Source: Geosiphon pyriformis uo1 (Eukaryota; Fungi; Glomeromycota). Taken from it: DNA of 64,000 nt. The DNA is taken from contig JAAOMT010000003.1 in NCBI GenBank assembly GCA_016748015.1, positions 4,373-68,372 on the forward strand, in the 5' to 3' direction. Shown in pieces: positions 34,701 through 48,476 of the stretch (positions within the stretch are counted from its first letter, which is position 1; the number at the start of each line of letters is the position of its first letter). Under the pieces are notes generated by a model that ran no database searches, was not told the DNA's origin, and saw only the letters and a list, made by a program, of their open reading frames with translations. The position numbers and the translations under genes were made by a program.

Positions 34701-37564
34701 AATAATGCTAATAAATTTTTTAAAGCTTAATTTAGTTAAGTTTTTAAAATTAATTGTTAAATTATATAAGCAGTTAACAAAGTATATTTGTAATTTTTAA
34801 TAATAATTTTAAAGAAATATATAAAATTATTAATTATATTTTTATTAATAGTTTCTTAACTATTATTATTATTAATTAAAATTTATATGAAATATATAAA
34901 TTTTTTAATACTAATTTTATTATATAAAATTACTTCAAAAACTTTTTTTTTTGGCTGTTGCTATAATTAATTTTTTTGATAAAATTTAACAATATAACAA
35001 TTTTAATAATAAAAATAAAGTACTTTTAATTAAAAATATACTGATTGCTAAATTGAATATAGTTAATATATACTTAGCTTTTTTATATTAAAAAAAGTTT
35101 TAAAATTTTTAAATACTATAAATTCTATATAATTAAATCTTTTAATATTAAAATAATTATTAAAAAATACATAAACAAATTTATTATTAATAATAAACTT
35201 GTACTTAAGTTCAATAAAGTTAAGTTTAAAATTAATATAATTATAAAGAATTAAACCAAAAAAAAATTGTTTTTAATAATATTTTAAATTTTTAATAATA
35301 TTAGTTTGTTTTTTTAAATATATAAATAATAAAATTTTTAATAGTACTATAATTTAATAATAAAACTGTTAATTTATTTAATATTTTTAATAAATTTTAA
35401 AAATATTATAATAATTTAATTATTAATATGCTGTTAAATTTGTTTAATACTTGTTTTTTGAATAAATCAATACCTGTTATTTAGCAAAAAACTTAAGTTT
35501 TAATAATTTTATTAATATTTAACTTATAGCTTTAAATAAAACTAACAGAAAATTTTTTAAAAATTTTGTTTAATTGAATTTTGTCTGTATAACAAATATA
35601 GTATTTTTTATAATAATAATTTTTTAGTATTAAAAAAAACTTTTACTCAATTTTTTATTTTTGCTATTGGCTTAATAATTAAAAACACTTTAAAAAAAGA
35701 AAAAAAGAAACAATTAATATTATAAAATATGTATAAAATATATAATTTTATAAGTTAAACTTATATAAAATACAATTTAATTTATATTAAAATAAATAAA
35801 AATTTGTAAGATTTTTTAACAGTTACAATAATAAAACCAACAAAATTATAAAAGATTTTAGTTTGTTAAAAAGTTATAGAGCTTATAATAGTTTTAATTA
35901 AAAAAAAATTTTATTAATATTTTATAGAATTTTTTATGATTTTTTTTGGTATAAAATAAAAAAATAAAAACATTTATGTAAATATAAAATAGTTTTAAGT
36001 TTTATTGCAAAAATTAGTAAAGTTGAATTTATAGCTAACTTGACTTTGTTTTTTGTTGCTAAATAATATAATCTAAATTGGCCATTTTTAATTTTTTTAC
36101 AATACATTTTGAATATTATCAACAAATTTTATAATATTAATAATATTTAATAACAAGAAGAAAATTATGACTATTTTTATTAATTATTAAATTAAAAATT
36201 TTATTGTTATTTATAAAATAATACAAAAAATAAATAATAATAAAAATATAATATAAATTAGTCAATAATATAGTAGAAATTATTAAACATATAATATCAA
36301 GAATTTTAAGAATACCAAAATTTTTTTTAAAGATTTTAAGAATGCCAAAAATATTAAATATACCAACAAAAATACCAAAAATTTCAGAAATACCAAAAAT
36401 TTTAGCAATAATTCAGAAAAAGTGTAAAAATTACTAAAAATTTTAAGAATCTTATATTATAAAAATTTATATTTATATAGCAGTAATATTAAAAGCAGAA
36501 AAAAAATCAAGTTTATTAATCTTACCAAATAACTTTAATAATTAAAAATTTAATACTTAAAATGAATATTTTTTTAATAAAAATCACAATTTAATTATTT
36601 ACAATTCAAATTTTTATTAATTAATATTTATTTTATTGAAATTTACTTATATTTTACTAATACAAATAACATTAATATAACATTACTAAAAATATTAAAA
36701 CAATAGCTTTTGATCATAACTATTAATAAAATACTTATTTTTTTATTTTTTTTATTTTCTTATTGTATTTAATTTTGTTTTACTAATTAATTAAAAAAAA
36801 TTGCTAAGATTACAATATTAAGGATTGCTTAATAAAAGATATTAAAATAAATGTAAAATTAATTTATTAAATGCTTATTAAAAGAGTAAAATAAACTGAT
36901 CATCATGCCAAAGAAGTTAAATACTAAGTGTTATTTGCTATTATCAGTAAATCTCTGTTTATTATACAAAAAACTCAACCAACCAAAACCTTTAGAACTA
37001 TATCAATCATTAAAAGCACCAGCTTATAACAATATATTATGAAATTTTAATTAATAAATTTTTATCTGCTTGAAAGTGTCTATAAAATTGATTCTACTTT
37101 ATTAATTAAAAATATTTTTATTGATAAAAATTTTGATAAAATTAGTGATGTTGTAAATATTTTAGTTTAGATGCTGCATTTATATGTACATATTGAACAG
37201 AAAGACAATAAAAAATCTTTGAATTTCAAAAGTAAATAGAAAAAGTGAATTAATAAATATACAACATATGATATATTTAAATTCATCGTTTTTTATACAA
37301 GTTTTTATTTTGGTTTATTTTCTTTTACATAATTATTTTTGTGAGAATAAAAACTAGGAATTTCTTACCTGTAATTTTCATTGTGTGATAGCAACAACGA
37401 TTCTTAATCTGAAGATCATCCCGTTTAGTTAGTTTGATCGATAAGCAACGACATACTATCAAGCCATTTTGATGAGTCAGCAGCCTCGATTATCTAAACC
37501 TTTTTGATTTGGTTAACCCTCATATAAAGACTGATAAAATGATTTACTAGAATTAATAAGGCTA

Positions 37565-38878
37565 ATGTTTAAAATTAACGTGACAACGAAAGTCCCGGCG
37601 ATAACTAAAGCTCAAATTTTCACATATGAAAGATTCGCATCTGTTCACAAAGTATTCTTTAATCAGGCCCAGCGACATTCCCAAGGATTTATAACAAGAA
37701 AATTTTCTCTTCTAAGGACCGAATTTTCCAAAGCTTTGAATTTGATACCGACTAATACAAATTCGGCACAACTCACAAATGAGATAGAAAGAGCAAAAGA
37801 AGCACCGATTGAAAGAGTAGAATCAAAGTTGAAATTAGAAGACCATATTAAGGCATCTAATGAAGAGAAAGATTTTTCGCAATCCACTATTAATGAAAAC
37901 CTGAATCTGATCCAAATCCCTGCTCCAGAAATTACAGCATTAGTAATCCAGAATTTAAATTCCAAAGATAAAAATAACGCAAAATACTCAGATCAAACAT
38001 GCTTGACGACCTCTTCAGCTGTTTTAGATACTGTGAAAAGAAAGTTTGCTCGATGGACAAAAGAAGAGGATCAAAGACTAAGATGGGCTATTCAATATTT
38101 TGGTGTGAGCAAATGGGAAGACATTTACAATGCAGCTATACTTCCAAATAGGACAAAAACAAGTATATCAAGCTATTATCACAACGTTATTTCCCAACCT
38201 AAGTGGGGATCGCAACTCACGAATGAGATAGGCAGAGCAAAAGAAGCACCAATTGAAAGGGTAGAACCAAAGTCGAGATTAGAAGACCATATTAAGGCAT
38301 CTAATGAACAAAAAGATTTTTCGCAATCCACTATTAATGAAAACCTGAATCTGATCCAAATCCCTGCTCCAAAAATTACAGCATTAGTGATCCAGAATTT
38401 AAATTCCAAAGATAACAATAACGCAAAATACTCAGATCAAACATGCTTGACAACCTCTTCAGCTGTTTTAAATACTGTGAAAAGAAAGTTTGCTCGATGG
38501 ACAAAAGAAGAGGATCAAAGACTAAGATGGGCTATTCAATATTTTGGTGTGGGCAAATGGAAAAACATTTATGATGCAGATATACTTCCAAACAGGACAA
38601 AGACAAGTATATCAAGCCATTATCATAACGTTATTTCTCATCCTAAGCGGGGATCATGGAAAAAAAGGGAAGAAGAAATACTACTCGAGTCTATTGAAAA
38701 ATTCGGCCCCAAGTGGAGTAAAATCAGCACGATTTTGCGACGTCCTGGACCTGCAATCTTTCATCGCTATCACGAAGTTATGAATATACCCAACAAAATT
38801 AGACCAGTAAGAAAAAAAGCAGTTCATATAAAAATTGAAAAATCAGAAAAAAAGTATTCTGAAAGGCTTAACTCTTGA
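37565..38878 (+). CDS. Myb/SANT-domain protein (437 aa) with internal 148-aa tandem duplication
   Basis: WTKEEDQRLRWAIQYFG..KW occurs twice, plus a third repeat WKKREEEILLESIEKFGPKWSKIS. DNA duplication 37769-38212 / 38213-38656. Confidence 0.88.
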   Translation: MFKINVTTKVPAITKAQIFTYERFASVHKVFFNQAQRHSQGFITRKFSLLRTEFSKALNLIPTNTNSAQLTNEIERAKEAPIERVESKLKLEDHIKASNEEKDFSQSTINENLNLIQIPAPEITALVIQNLNSKDKNNAKYSDQTCLTTSSAVLDTVKRKFARWTKEEDQRLRWAIQYFGVSKWEDIYNAAILPNRTKTSISSYYHNVISQPKWGSQLTNEIGRAKEAPIERVEPKSRLEDHIKASNEQKDFSQSTINENLNLIQIPAPKITALVIQNLNSKDNNNAKYSDQTCLTTSSAVLNTVKRKFARWTKEEDQRLRWAIQYFGVGKWKNIYDADILPNRTKTSISSHYHNVISHPKRGSWKKREEEILLESIEKFGPKWSKISTILRRPGPAIFHRYHEVMNIPNKIRPVRKKAVHIKIEKSEKKYSERLNS

Positions 38879-38899
38879 TCAAGTTTCGGAAAGATTCGT

Positions 38900-40340
38900 A
38901 AGTCATTTTCGATATGTTTTAAGAGATGCAGCCTCACTTTTTTGTTCACTGATATTAAAAAATACATCTCGTTCAGATTCTCAAATAGGATCGAGGAAAA
39001 TCGATACACAGGGAAATTTTTGCTCAAATAATCATTAGCAAAGTACCACACAAGAGTTTCCGTCTCTTTCCAAGATTCACGCTAATACCTTTTCTTTGTA
39101 TTAAACTATATTCTTGAGCTTTTGTGATTGATAAACACGAAACATGATTTTCCTAGGATTCTACATTATAACCAGTTGTTTGTTTCACCTCTCTATCTCT
39201 TCAACCCCACAATGATTTCTAAGAACTTGTGTTGAGCAAAGAAGTAATTTTCATTCAGAGATTTTCAGGTAGCAAGGTTGAAACCACTTTGTTGTTTGAA
39301 GCCAATTCTCATGGGATTTCGGGCCAAAATCCTTTTTAAACAGCAAATCATCTGACGGTTTTTTTGATTCTGACCAATAACCAATCCTTGCAAAAAGAAT
39401 GCTAGGTCTTCTAGTCTGCTTAAATCCCAAAGTTATTAAGCTCCAGGTCTATCACGCTTTCTTTGGGAGTGCAAATATCGATAACAAGTATTAAGTACAC
39501 GTGAATCATGGCTTTGATTTATAGCCATAGTATGGAACATAACCCATGTATTGGATTTCGAACATCGAATCTAAAAAAGCAATTTGAATGGACTTTGCAA
39601 GCTTCAATTCTCATACCATAATTTACGATCAGAAATATTTGAGACATGGTCACAATAGTTCTGTCAATAATTGGCTCTTGAACGTTTTCTTGCATTGTTA
39701 TGCTCGTCAGTTCTTTGAATGAAGCTTTCCACCTAAAGACACTGGTTAAGTTCTTTTGTTTTAGACTCGACTTTGTCATCATCAAAATAATGGTTGAGTT
39801 ATTTATAAACCCTTTGGCCATCCTTGATATATTACCGAATTGTGAATCCCTTCTTACTCGCTTAATTAGACAAGGCACCGAATTTGATTTGGAATAAGAG
39901 AATCTACAAATAGAATGAAAAATAAATTATATGATAAAACTAGACTTTTTCAAATGTATGAAATTTCCACAAGACGATTAATGGTTTTTTAACTTCTTTA
40001 TTATTCAGTTTGAACTTTTTTTTATTTTGGAAAACGTCAGCTTCCATAGATAAGTTAGAAGTTTCATTATCAAAACTCACCGTCGTCGTCGTCGTCAATC
40101 CGAATTATTCCTGATGGGCTATGAGGTTTATCAATATCTGGCTTTAAAATTCAGATTTATTGTTTTAATTGTCAGTCTCTCGTTCGGCATTCCAAATTTT
40201 ACCATTCGGGCTTTTTTTCAATAATGTTGTCGTCGTTGTCGTCGATTAATCCCGAGTTTGTAAGATTCTGCCTTAATCTAGATTCTTCTTGAAGTTCAAA
40301 AAAATCTGAAATTGTTTGAATTTCCAAGTTGATGCTAAAT
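38900..40340 (-). pseudogene. Gene-like, CpG-retaining region with splice signals but no continuous frame; product unknown
   Basis: Exon-like pieces (..QEESRLRQNLTNSGLIDDNDD.., IDKPHSPSGIIRIDDDDD followed by GTGAGT). All frames downstream of 39900 contain stops. Confidence 0.3.
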
Positions 40341-41274
40341 AAAATCCAAAGGTAATCGCAATTCAAGAATTCAAAATTGATATTCAAGAAACGATTTTAT
40401 CAGAACTAAAAATATTTCGCCGTTCAGATTATGCGCGTTATTTGTACATTAGGAAGTAAGAAGATAGACCTCGGATCGTTACTTTGGCGCTAATGCATCT
40501 TAAAAAATTTTAATATAAAGAGAAAGTTGTGAAAAATAATATATTTTTTATTCACAATATTTCTTGCAATAAGGCTTTCAAGATAAGCAGTGTTAAATAA
40601 CGGGGATGATTCAATTAATTAAAGTAAAGTGGATTGAGATAACAATAACAATTAAGAATCAAACAATCAATGTCAAGAAGAATCAATATTATGATGGATA
40701 GTACCACTAATTTGAATAATTAACAGTTAATATTATATGCTTTATTTGATATGCCTTATAATCAAAACAAAAGTGGATTTTTATTAACAAGTTTAAGTCA
40801 ATTCACAATTAAACTGTTAATTCGAAAGAAAGTATATTTATTTATCAAATATTTTTTAAAGTATAAATATCAAATGTAACAGTATATATATGATGTTTGA
40901 AATTGGTAAAGAAACCTGGGTGAATAAATATTGCCGTATATGTATTAAGCAAGAAGAAAATAAAATGATCCAAGAGGAAATTAGGATTTCAATCAGATTT
41001 ACAGTTATATCCGCCAGTCTGAGGCTGGAAAATTATTCCCTTTATTTAGTAATAATATTCAAAGTTGGCTTTCAAATTATCCAGCTAATTTTGTAATCCC
41101 GAAAATCTTGATTTAAAACATTTGGAATGATAAATATTTAACAAAACTTTTTCTCCTTTTTCTACTCCCAATAGACATTGCTGGACGCTTATAGAACCAG
41201 CTCAAAGGCCAAAAAAACCAGTTATAAAGCGTAACATGTACTTTTAGGGCACTTGGTCATAGCAGTAGTGAGAC

Positions 41275-41570
41275 TCAACTTTGACGACATTTTTTGAATT
41301 CTTGTTGACGAATAACGGAGCTAATTTCTTCCTTTGAGTTCTTCAAGTAAAAAAAAAAATATCATTGAGCTATAACATACTTTTATATGAGAAAATCTTC
41401 ATTTTATCGAAACAAATCAGAATAAGATTTTAAACAGCCAGCCTTCATCATTTCAATTTCCTTCAGCTTATTTTTTTTATCGACATATTCTTTCAATAGT
41501 TTTGGATGATAAACACTGAATCGTCTAATGAAAACAGAAAATCGGTCGCCTTTTTCCAAGGTTCTGAATG
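41275..41570 (-). CDS. Possible small spliced gene or gene fragment, unknown product
   Basis: Exon-like TLEKGDRFSVFIRRFSVYHPKLLKEYVDKKNKLKEIEMMKA and NSKEEISSVIRQQEFKKCRQS*, each after a pyrimidine-AG acceptor. No confident start. Confidence 0.25.
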
Positions 41571-42149
41571 AGAGGTTTACATTTAATAAACCTGTGGTAT
41601 CCTCTTTTAATTAAAAAAATTTGTAAAAATGAAAAAAGTTTCATGAAAAAATTATTATTAAAATTTTATTTAGTAAATTAAAAATGGCTCAATCTTAACG
41701 GCCATTTTTGGACGACAGTCATTTTCTGTGAAAAAAGTAAATAACGCTTTAGAATCAGAATTTAATTTTTTATCACGAGACGAAATTCCTTCTCTCAGTA
41801 TGTTAGTGGAGATAACATAAGAATTAATCATTTCAGATTTTTCAGGTGGTCATTATTTATAAAATACAGTAATACAGAAATTTGATCGCTAACGAGAAAT
41901 GTGATGAAATATCCTTATATGCTCCACAAGCTAGCTAAATTAAGAAACCCAAATCAAAGACTCTTTGTTTGGGGGGGGGGGATTTTTATCTCTTTGAGGG
42001 AAAAATAACCTTGTCCCGAAGATTACAAATGTAAAAATAAGAATCTGTAAGGATTTTTGATTGTGCACTATTTAAAGTTGAATTCATGAGGATTTTTTAT
42101 TTCAAATGATGTATCGAAACTTTTCTACTTTTTTCCTTAAAAATTACAA

Positions 42150-42400
42150 ATAAAATGTCGCAACAACGGAATATATATTTTCAAAAAAATTTCATTAAAA
42201 AACATATAAATTCCACTACGTAGTATTAAATTTAACATTCGAAAATTGAAAGAAATAGGAAGCATTGATCGCAAAAAAGGTAATGCCCTACCAAAAAAAA
42301 TCACAGTCTACATAATATAAGACAATTTACTCAAAAAATTTCAAATAAATAAATTGGCTTTGAAGCGTAGTTTCTGTTGTGTAAGGATCAAAAAACTATG
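42150..42400 (+). mobile_element. Tc1-like transposase N-terminal HTH relic
   Basis: IPLRSIKFNIRKLKEIGSIDRKKGNALPKKIT resembles the Tc1 paired-like HTH + GRPKK linker. Confidence 0.5.
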
Positions 42401-42748
42401 GGACGTTTTTCTTCCGAAAATTGATGTATTATTAAAGATCAAATCATCAAAAAAGTATATTGTCAAATCAAATCTGTTCTATTTAAAAAGTGATTGCCAT
42501 TTCAATCGTGATCTGTAACTTCAATGATCCCCTAAAATTTTATTTATAACTTTTATCATGGTTTTACTTAAAAAAAGTTTGTTGTGAGGAAACAAAAAAC
42601 AAAATTTTACTGATTGTATAAAACTTTATTCCTTCAGCTATTCATGGGATTGAGTAATGAGCAAGAGTTTTATCCCTGAATTCGATTAGTATATCGTAAT
42701 TTTAGGCAGAAGGATACTCTATTTTCAATTAGATATTATTATCTTTTC

Positions 42749-42751
<3 letters not shown>

Positions 42752-42785
<34 letters not shown>

Positions 42786-42800
42786 AAAAATAAATAAAAT
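42752..42800. repeat. (AAAT)n microsatellite
   Basis: Direct reading. Confidence 0.9.
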
Positions 42801-42941
42801 ACATTTAAACTGGAAAAACAAATGTACACTAGAAAATGAAAATTTTCTATAAATATTGCTCGAATATTTATTGTTCTTTCACCAATTCCTAACTTTATCT
42901 TCCTAATAATATTATCTATTCAAAGTTAATATATTACAAAT

Positions 42942-43514
42942 ATGAATTTGCAATTCAATCGTTTAGCAATAGTTATTCTCTTAATTTGTTCTTTAACATT
43001 GTATAAAACTAATGCCCTCCCAAAAAGAGGTAAAAATTATTTTGACCCTTATATTGGGAACAAACATTTGTAATTAAAATTAGTAAATTTCCCAGTCTAG
43101 TTAATTTTTCTATTATTTCCCCAATTTTAAGATTTAGACCAACCTGCATTACAATTACCGATAGGGCTAACTCCACCGCTTCCTAATAGATTTTCATTTG
43201 TATTATATGCAATTGGTTACCAAAATTATCAATGCAATGTTAGTAGTATTCCAGGAGATACCGGAAATTGGTTATATGGTAAAAAAAATTATTCCCATCA
43301 TTTCTCTTCGTAATGCTCTCAATTAATTATAGAAAGCAACAATTTAAATGGTCATTTGTTTGATTCCCTCGTAAATCATGTATAGTCAGTCCAACCGCTT
43401 CGTTATTAAACGGTTCTTTTGAAGGACGGGAAATTGGTAAACACTATTTTCAACCTGTAAGTTATTTTTAAAAGTCTTACTCTATTACTAAGTCAAATAT
43501 TTTAGCCCATTTGA

Positions 43515-43571
<57 letters not shown>

Positions 43572-44118
43572 TTTTTTTGAATAGGCACCTGGGTTAAATG
43601 GTGGTAGGGCAACATGGCATGGTATTCTCACGACTGATATGTCAAGTGTTGTCACAAAAATAATTAATCAAAAACCATCTCCTGATGGACCTCAAAATAT
43701 CGATTGGCTTTTAACTCAAGCTACTTTTAATCGGGTAAGCTCCAAAATTTATTCAGGATTTGAACGTTATTATTTATCCGATAACTTTTTTAACCATCTC
43801 TAATCATAATTCTAAATAGGGAAATGGCATATTCTCAGACATAACATACGTGGTTAGAGTAGATACAAAAAATGGTATAGCTCCACCAAACAACCTTTGG
43901 TGAGTAATTTTAAAATTTTTCAATCTTAAAGTTTGGTTTAAAAGAACTACTTTTAGAAAAATCTTTTTTGTGAATTTTAAATAAAGCTTAAAATAAATTT
44001 GATAATAATTTTTTTCCAACAAAATAGCGGTACCGATATACCAAACGAGGGAAATCTCGAAAACTTTTATTCTTCCCAATACTGGTTTTATAATAATCCA
44101 TCAAAATCTTTGTATTAA
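42942..44118 (+). CDS. Secreted DUF3455-family protein (~208 aa, 6 exons; missed by the ORF track)
   Basis: Exons 42942-43029, 43132-43278, 43386-43456, 43585-43734, 43820-43899 and 44028-44118, all GT-AG and phase-consistent. Signal peptide MNLQFNRLAIVILLICSLTLYKTNA; motifs AIGYQNYQC, IGKHYF, NIDWLL, ITYVVRVDTKNGIAP, YSSQYWFY. Confidence 0.88.
43516..43571. repeat. (AAT)n microsatellite inside intron 3 of the DUF3455 gene
   Basis: Direct reading, ~18 units. Confidence 0.95.
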
Positions 44119-45737
44119 CGTTACTATATAAATTTATAAGAAAATTTTTCATAATCTTACCTGGGAATTTTGATTATAAGGCTTTTTTCCATTACCAAAT
44201 TAACATTTTATTAAAACGACAATTCCATTATCATATTTTCAAATCGCTTTCTATTAATGACATCTTTTTTAATTCAAACCCCAACTATTTAGTATATATT
44301 TATAATGAATAATATTATTTCTCACATTCGAAAATCAAAATCATTTTTCTTTTAACAACTTATCCAAAATGAAATAAAAATCTCTAGCTATACCCAAAAT
44401 TGTTTTGAACTAGTGCAAATCAAAAATAAATAATCATTAGTTAATCACAAAAATTGTGTGTAACTCTCACTTGAGAACCCCATTAAATAAATTACGTTTT
44501 TGATATTTTTAGTTATATATATTTATATAAATTGAAAAGTTTTTACCTATCTTGGGGGGGAGGGGGANNNNNNNNNNNNNNNNNNNNAGGGGGGGGGTGG
44601 GAATAAAAAAATATTACAGCATATAAATCTCATTTGATAAAATTTTTTTGGTATTAAGATTTAGTTCAAAAACAATATTTTCGCACACAAATAAAAAGAT
44701 TTTTTTTTAATATCGTCAAATTTAATTTCTATCCTACATCTGAAAAAAAAAATAAAAACTTATTCTCAAACTAATTTTACTATAAAATATGATAAAATCT
44801 CTATTTTTACTTTAAAAAGCTACACTATATCGCAATAATGTCTTCTTTAGGCTTTGAAAATAAAAATCCTGATACCTGAAACTCTTTAAGAATGCATATA
44901 AAAAAAGATAAATTTTATTACTACTACTAAATCTGAATATCTTAACATGAAATAAACAAATTATGAAAAAATAATATATTTTCTTGTTAGTGTTTTTTTA
45001 ATAAGTTTTAAAATTTATATACATTAAAAAATCAGCGATCTCTGTTTTTTTATTACTCGTTGCATAATGCATAATCTGAAGATCAGTAAAACTTGGTCAA
45101 TTTTTTTACTATAGTTGGTGGATAATGAAGATTTTTTGATATCATCATGACAAACTCAAAAATAGAAACACAATATTCTCATACTTGCTCAATAAATCAA
45201 ACTGTTATCAAAATTGAAAATTTTTTAAAGTCAAAAAAAAAAAAATTTTTTTTATTACCAAACCTATTATAAATAATAATCAAAGGAAATGCAATTAATG
45301 ACATTTTTAGCCTCACTCCATTCCTTTATGTCATTTGAAATAACAAAAGGTTCTGCTTGTTTTTGTTGACTGAAGAAATAAATGACGGGTTTCTTTTCAT
45401 AACCTTCGGATCACAGCAGATAAACATTGAAGCGAATCACGTATATTAAATACTTTAAGTTTGCTTATTTCTAATGAAAGGAAGCTTTCGGAAAGTAAAA
45501 ATTTGAATGACCTCAGTTTTCAGTTAAAATTTTAAAATCATTATTTGATTTGTAAGGATCGTTAATTGGTCCGCTGTTAGCCAAATAATCCTTTACCTCT
45601 ACAATTAAATTCGTCAAAAGCTTCCATATTTTCAAGATATATAAAGTTGATACAATCTTTTTTTTGAAAAAATAATACAGACTCATTAATATTTTCTTTT
45701 AAATTTTCCAGTTGATTTATTTTACCCAATTTAAAAA

Positions 45738-46424
45738 TCAATGAAATCCAAATCCAATCCATAAGCATAATAATGTTATTATTATAAATATATTTCTCAA
45801 GTTTTTTCCTCGAATCACTGTTGATCCATTAACTGCAAAAGGTTCTACATTCGGGGTAACTGTTGCCCTTTGACCAGATGGTTCAACCCTATATATTATT
45901 GCCGTGAATACAGTTGATGTTGGAATTGGACTTTTCATTGAACTGAGACGAGAAGAAAGTAATGAGGTTTGTAAAGGTGTTTGTGTTGCAGTTCCTATTG
46001 TAGCTAAAACTGGGCTAAACGTTGAAATTTCAATTAGGGTTTGTGAGGCAAGTATCGGAATTGGTGATTTATTTAAATTTTGATTGCTAGAAAAACTTTT
46101 CAAAGAAGGACTTTCATTAGTGGAGGGCATTTGGGTGTTTGTAGTTGAAGAAATTGTGTGACCACTTGTATTAGTCGTTGAACTTGATCTAATTGTGGTT
46201 GAAATTGTGTTTGAAACTAAACTAGGTGAGGTCCAAATGCTCGTCGATCTAGTGTTAATGTTAATTGAATCCAGGATCAAAGCTGACGTTACCAAATTTG
46301 GAGGTTTGTTGGTTGTAAGTTGGGACCATATGCAAGAGACAAATAGAGCAAGCATCATTATGAAACAAGAAAGAAAGAAAAAATTGGTTTGAAAACATTT
46401 TCTGTACGAAAAACCGAATGGCAT
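45738..46424 (-). CDS. Ser/Thr-rich cell-surface protein, probable signal peptide and GPI-like C-terminus
   Basis: Hydrophobic N-terminus (FFLSCFIMMLALFVSCIWS), S/T-rich body, C-terminal NGS..IFIIITLLCLWIGFGFH. Confidence 0.75.
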   Translation of the reverse strand: MPFGFSYRKCFQTNFFFLSCFIMMLALFVSCIWSQLTTNKPPNLVTSALILDSININTRSTSIWTSPSLVSNTISTTIRSSSTTNTSGHTISSTTNTQMPSTNESPSLKSFSSNQNLNKSPIPILASQTLIEISTFSPVLATIGTATQTPLQTSLLSSRLSSMKSPIPTSTVFTAIIYRVEPSGQRATVTPNVEPFAVNGSTVIRGKNLRNIFIIITLLCLWIGFGFH

Positions 46425-48476
46425 TTAGTTCAGTTAAAATTGATAGGTTGAAAATTTAATTAAAGTGAAAGCTTCTTTTTAATTTCTTTTATGTGCAATG
46501 ATCAATTTTATATTTTCAGTCTTTAAAACAATTACTTTTGATTAACTACACTGATTCCATCAATTTAAAGGATCAATTCGAAATATTATTAGAAAATAAG
46601 TTTTTATTTATTTAACGATTAATTCTTTGATCTGATCATAATACATCATGTTAGAGAAGATACGAAGAAACGAAACAGTGATAATTGATATATAGTGTAG
46701 GAAATTTTTTTAATTATAATTCAGAGATATTCAAGCGAATGTTATTTATTAAATAAATTCCTCTTTTTCGAAGAAAAATAATAATCAAAAAACTCTCGGA
46801 TTCGATTTTATTCTTGCATCGGATTAATATTGATTAAGTTAGAAAAGTGCTCAAACCTAGAAGCAAATAATATAATTAAAAGATTGGGCAGCAATGTGTC
46901 TATAAAAAAAAGTAAAGAGTAATTTTTGCCTTAATAATTTGGAAAAAAATCTTATGAAAAGAAGGATTAAAAATTTGATTAAAATATTTAAAAATCGATA
47001 TTCTATTTGATTTCGTTCTGAAATTAATTTGTACACACAGTATTATTGAAAAAATAAAATAAAATAAAATAAAAAAAATTGACCCTAAAATTTCGGATGA
47101 AGAGGATAAAATTTCTAATTATAAAGCTTAAGCTTGGAGAAAATTTGATGATAATTAAACGTTTTTTTTTTCAGTTATTAATTTGGGAGGTTTATTTAAA
47201 AAAAAAATTGATATTAAAGATTATATTATTTCCTCATTCTCATTTTACACAATTATACCCACGTTCCCAGAATGAATTTTCAAAAATGTGACTCGATTAG
47301 TAATTAATTAAATTGTCAACGGAAACTTTCAGAATTGTTACCAAATAAATTCTTGGGATACTAAAGGTAATCACTTCGATGTGGAATCTTTATTGGATTC
47401 TTATTAAAAATTCAATTGCTGGTATCATTGCCAAGACTTTGAAAAGTCACAAACAATAATGCATGATTTCCGTTTGACTAATATTCACACTTTGATGGAT
47501 ACACGTTTCAGAAGATCACACAACGAAAACCCCCTCATGTTCAGGATCATCAACAGTGATTATTTGTTTATGCTTGGATATTATATATTGTAAACTTTTT
47601 ATTTAAAGTTTTTTACAAAATTGGCTAAAGTAAATGCCTAGATCGGTTAATAAAGTTATAGTTTCTCTTTTTGTACAATGATAATGCCTAGAATTTTTAA
47701 TTTTTTTTTACTAAATTTGTGTATTTTTGTGATTCGAATGAAAACTCCCCTTTTTAAACTAACCTTCTATTTAGGATTAATTAAAGTTAGAAAATACTTT
47801 TTTTGAAAATTGAAATATTGACAGCTTATTTATTTACATGTAAAAATGATTGATATCTATTATTTTCATTGTATATAACTCATGAATTCTTGATCGATTC
47901 CTTGATTAACAGATAAATCTTTTAAAAGCTTTAATTTTGAATCAAATCAATCACTGATTTTTGAGATTATAAATACATGTACATATGTAATAAAAATTAT
48001 GTGCCATTTTTAATGTTGTCCCAAAAAAAGTATTTCTCCGGCTATATTCACTTTTTTTATGATACAAATTACCTGATTAACAATTTAGTATCAATCAAAA
48101 ACTCCAAATTCAAAACGTGTTTTTATCATGGGCTTAAGTTTACGGCGACAAATTTAAATTTTCGCTTAATTCACAATAAATATATTGAACCAAGACAATT
48201 TCATTGTTCTACCACTTTCTTTTTTTTAGTTATTTATCGGAAATAACGCTTTGTACAACATATTCTTAGAATGGCATCTCGTACTTAATGCTCGAGAATT
48301 CTTGGGAAATTTATCTGCTGACTCCCTGATTATTAATGAATTAGTTTGATAGTTATTGCTATTTATTTTGTGAAATAATCTTTTTTGTCTATTTGAAATT
48401 CATTTTCTCTTATTTAAGAAGACTTTTTTTTTGAATTTCCCTCTTTCAACCCCCTTAAGTTTCATAAATTTGAAAA

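Noticed and set aside
14900-37400. Short K/I/L/F/N-rich ORFs in the AT-rich block (e.g. 16718, 17778, 19757, 22380, 25892, 35934)
   Set aside because: Chance frames or antisense pieces of decayed transposons with AT-codon composition.
44553-44601. G-quadruplex or telomere-like G-tract
   Set aside because: Interrupted by an N gap, so its length and structure are unreliable.
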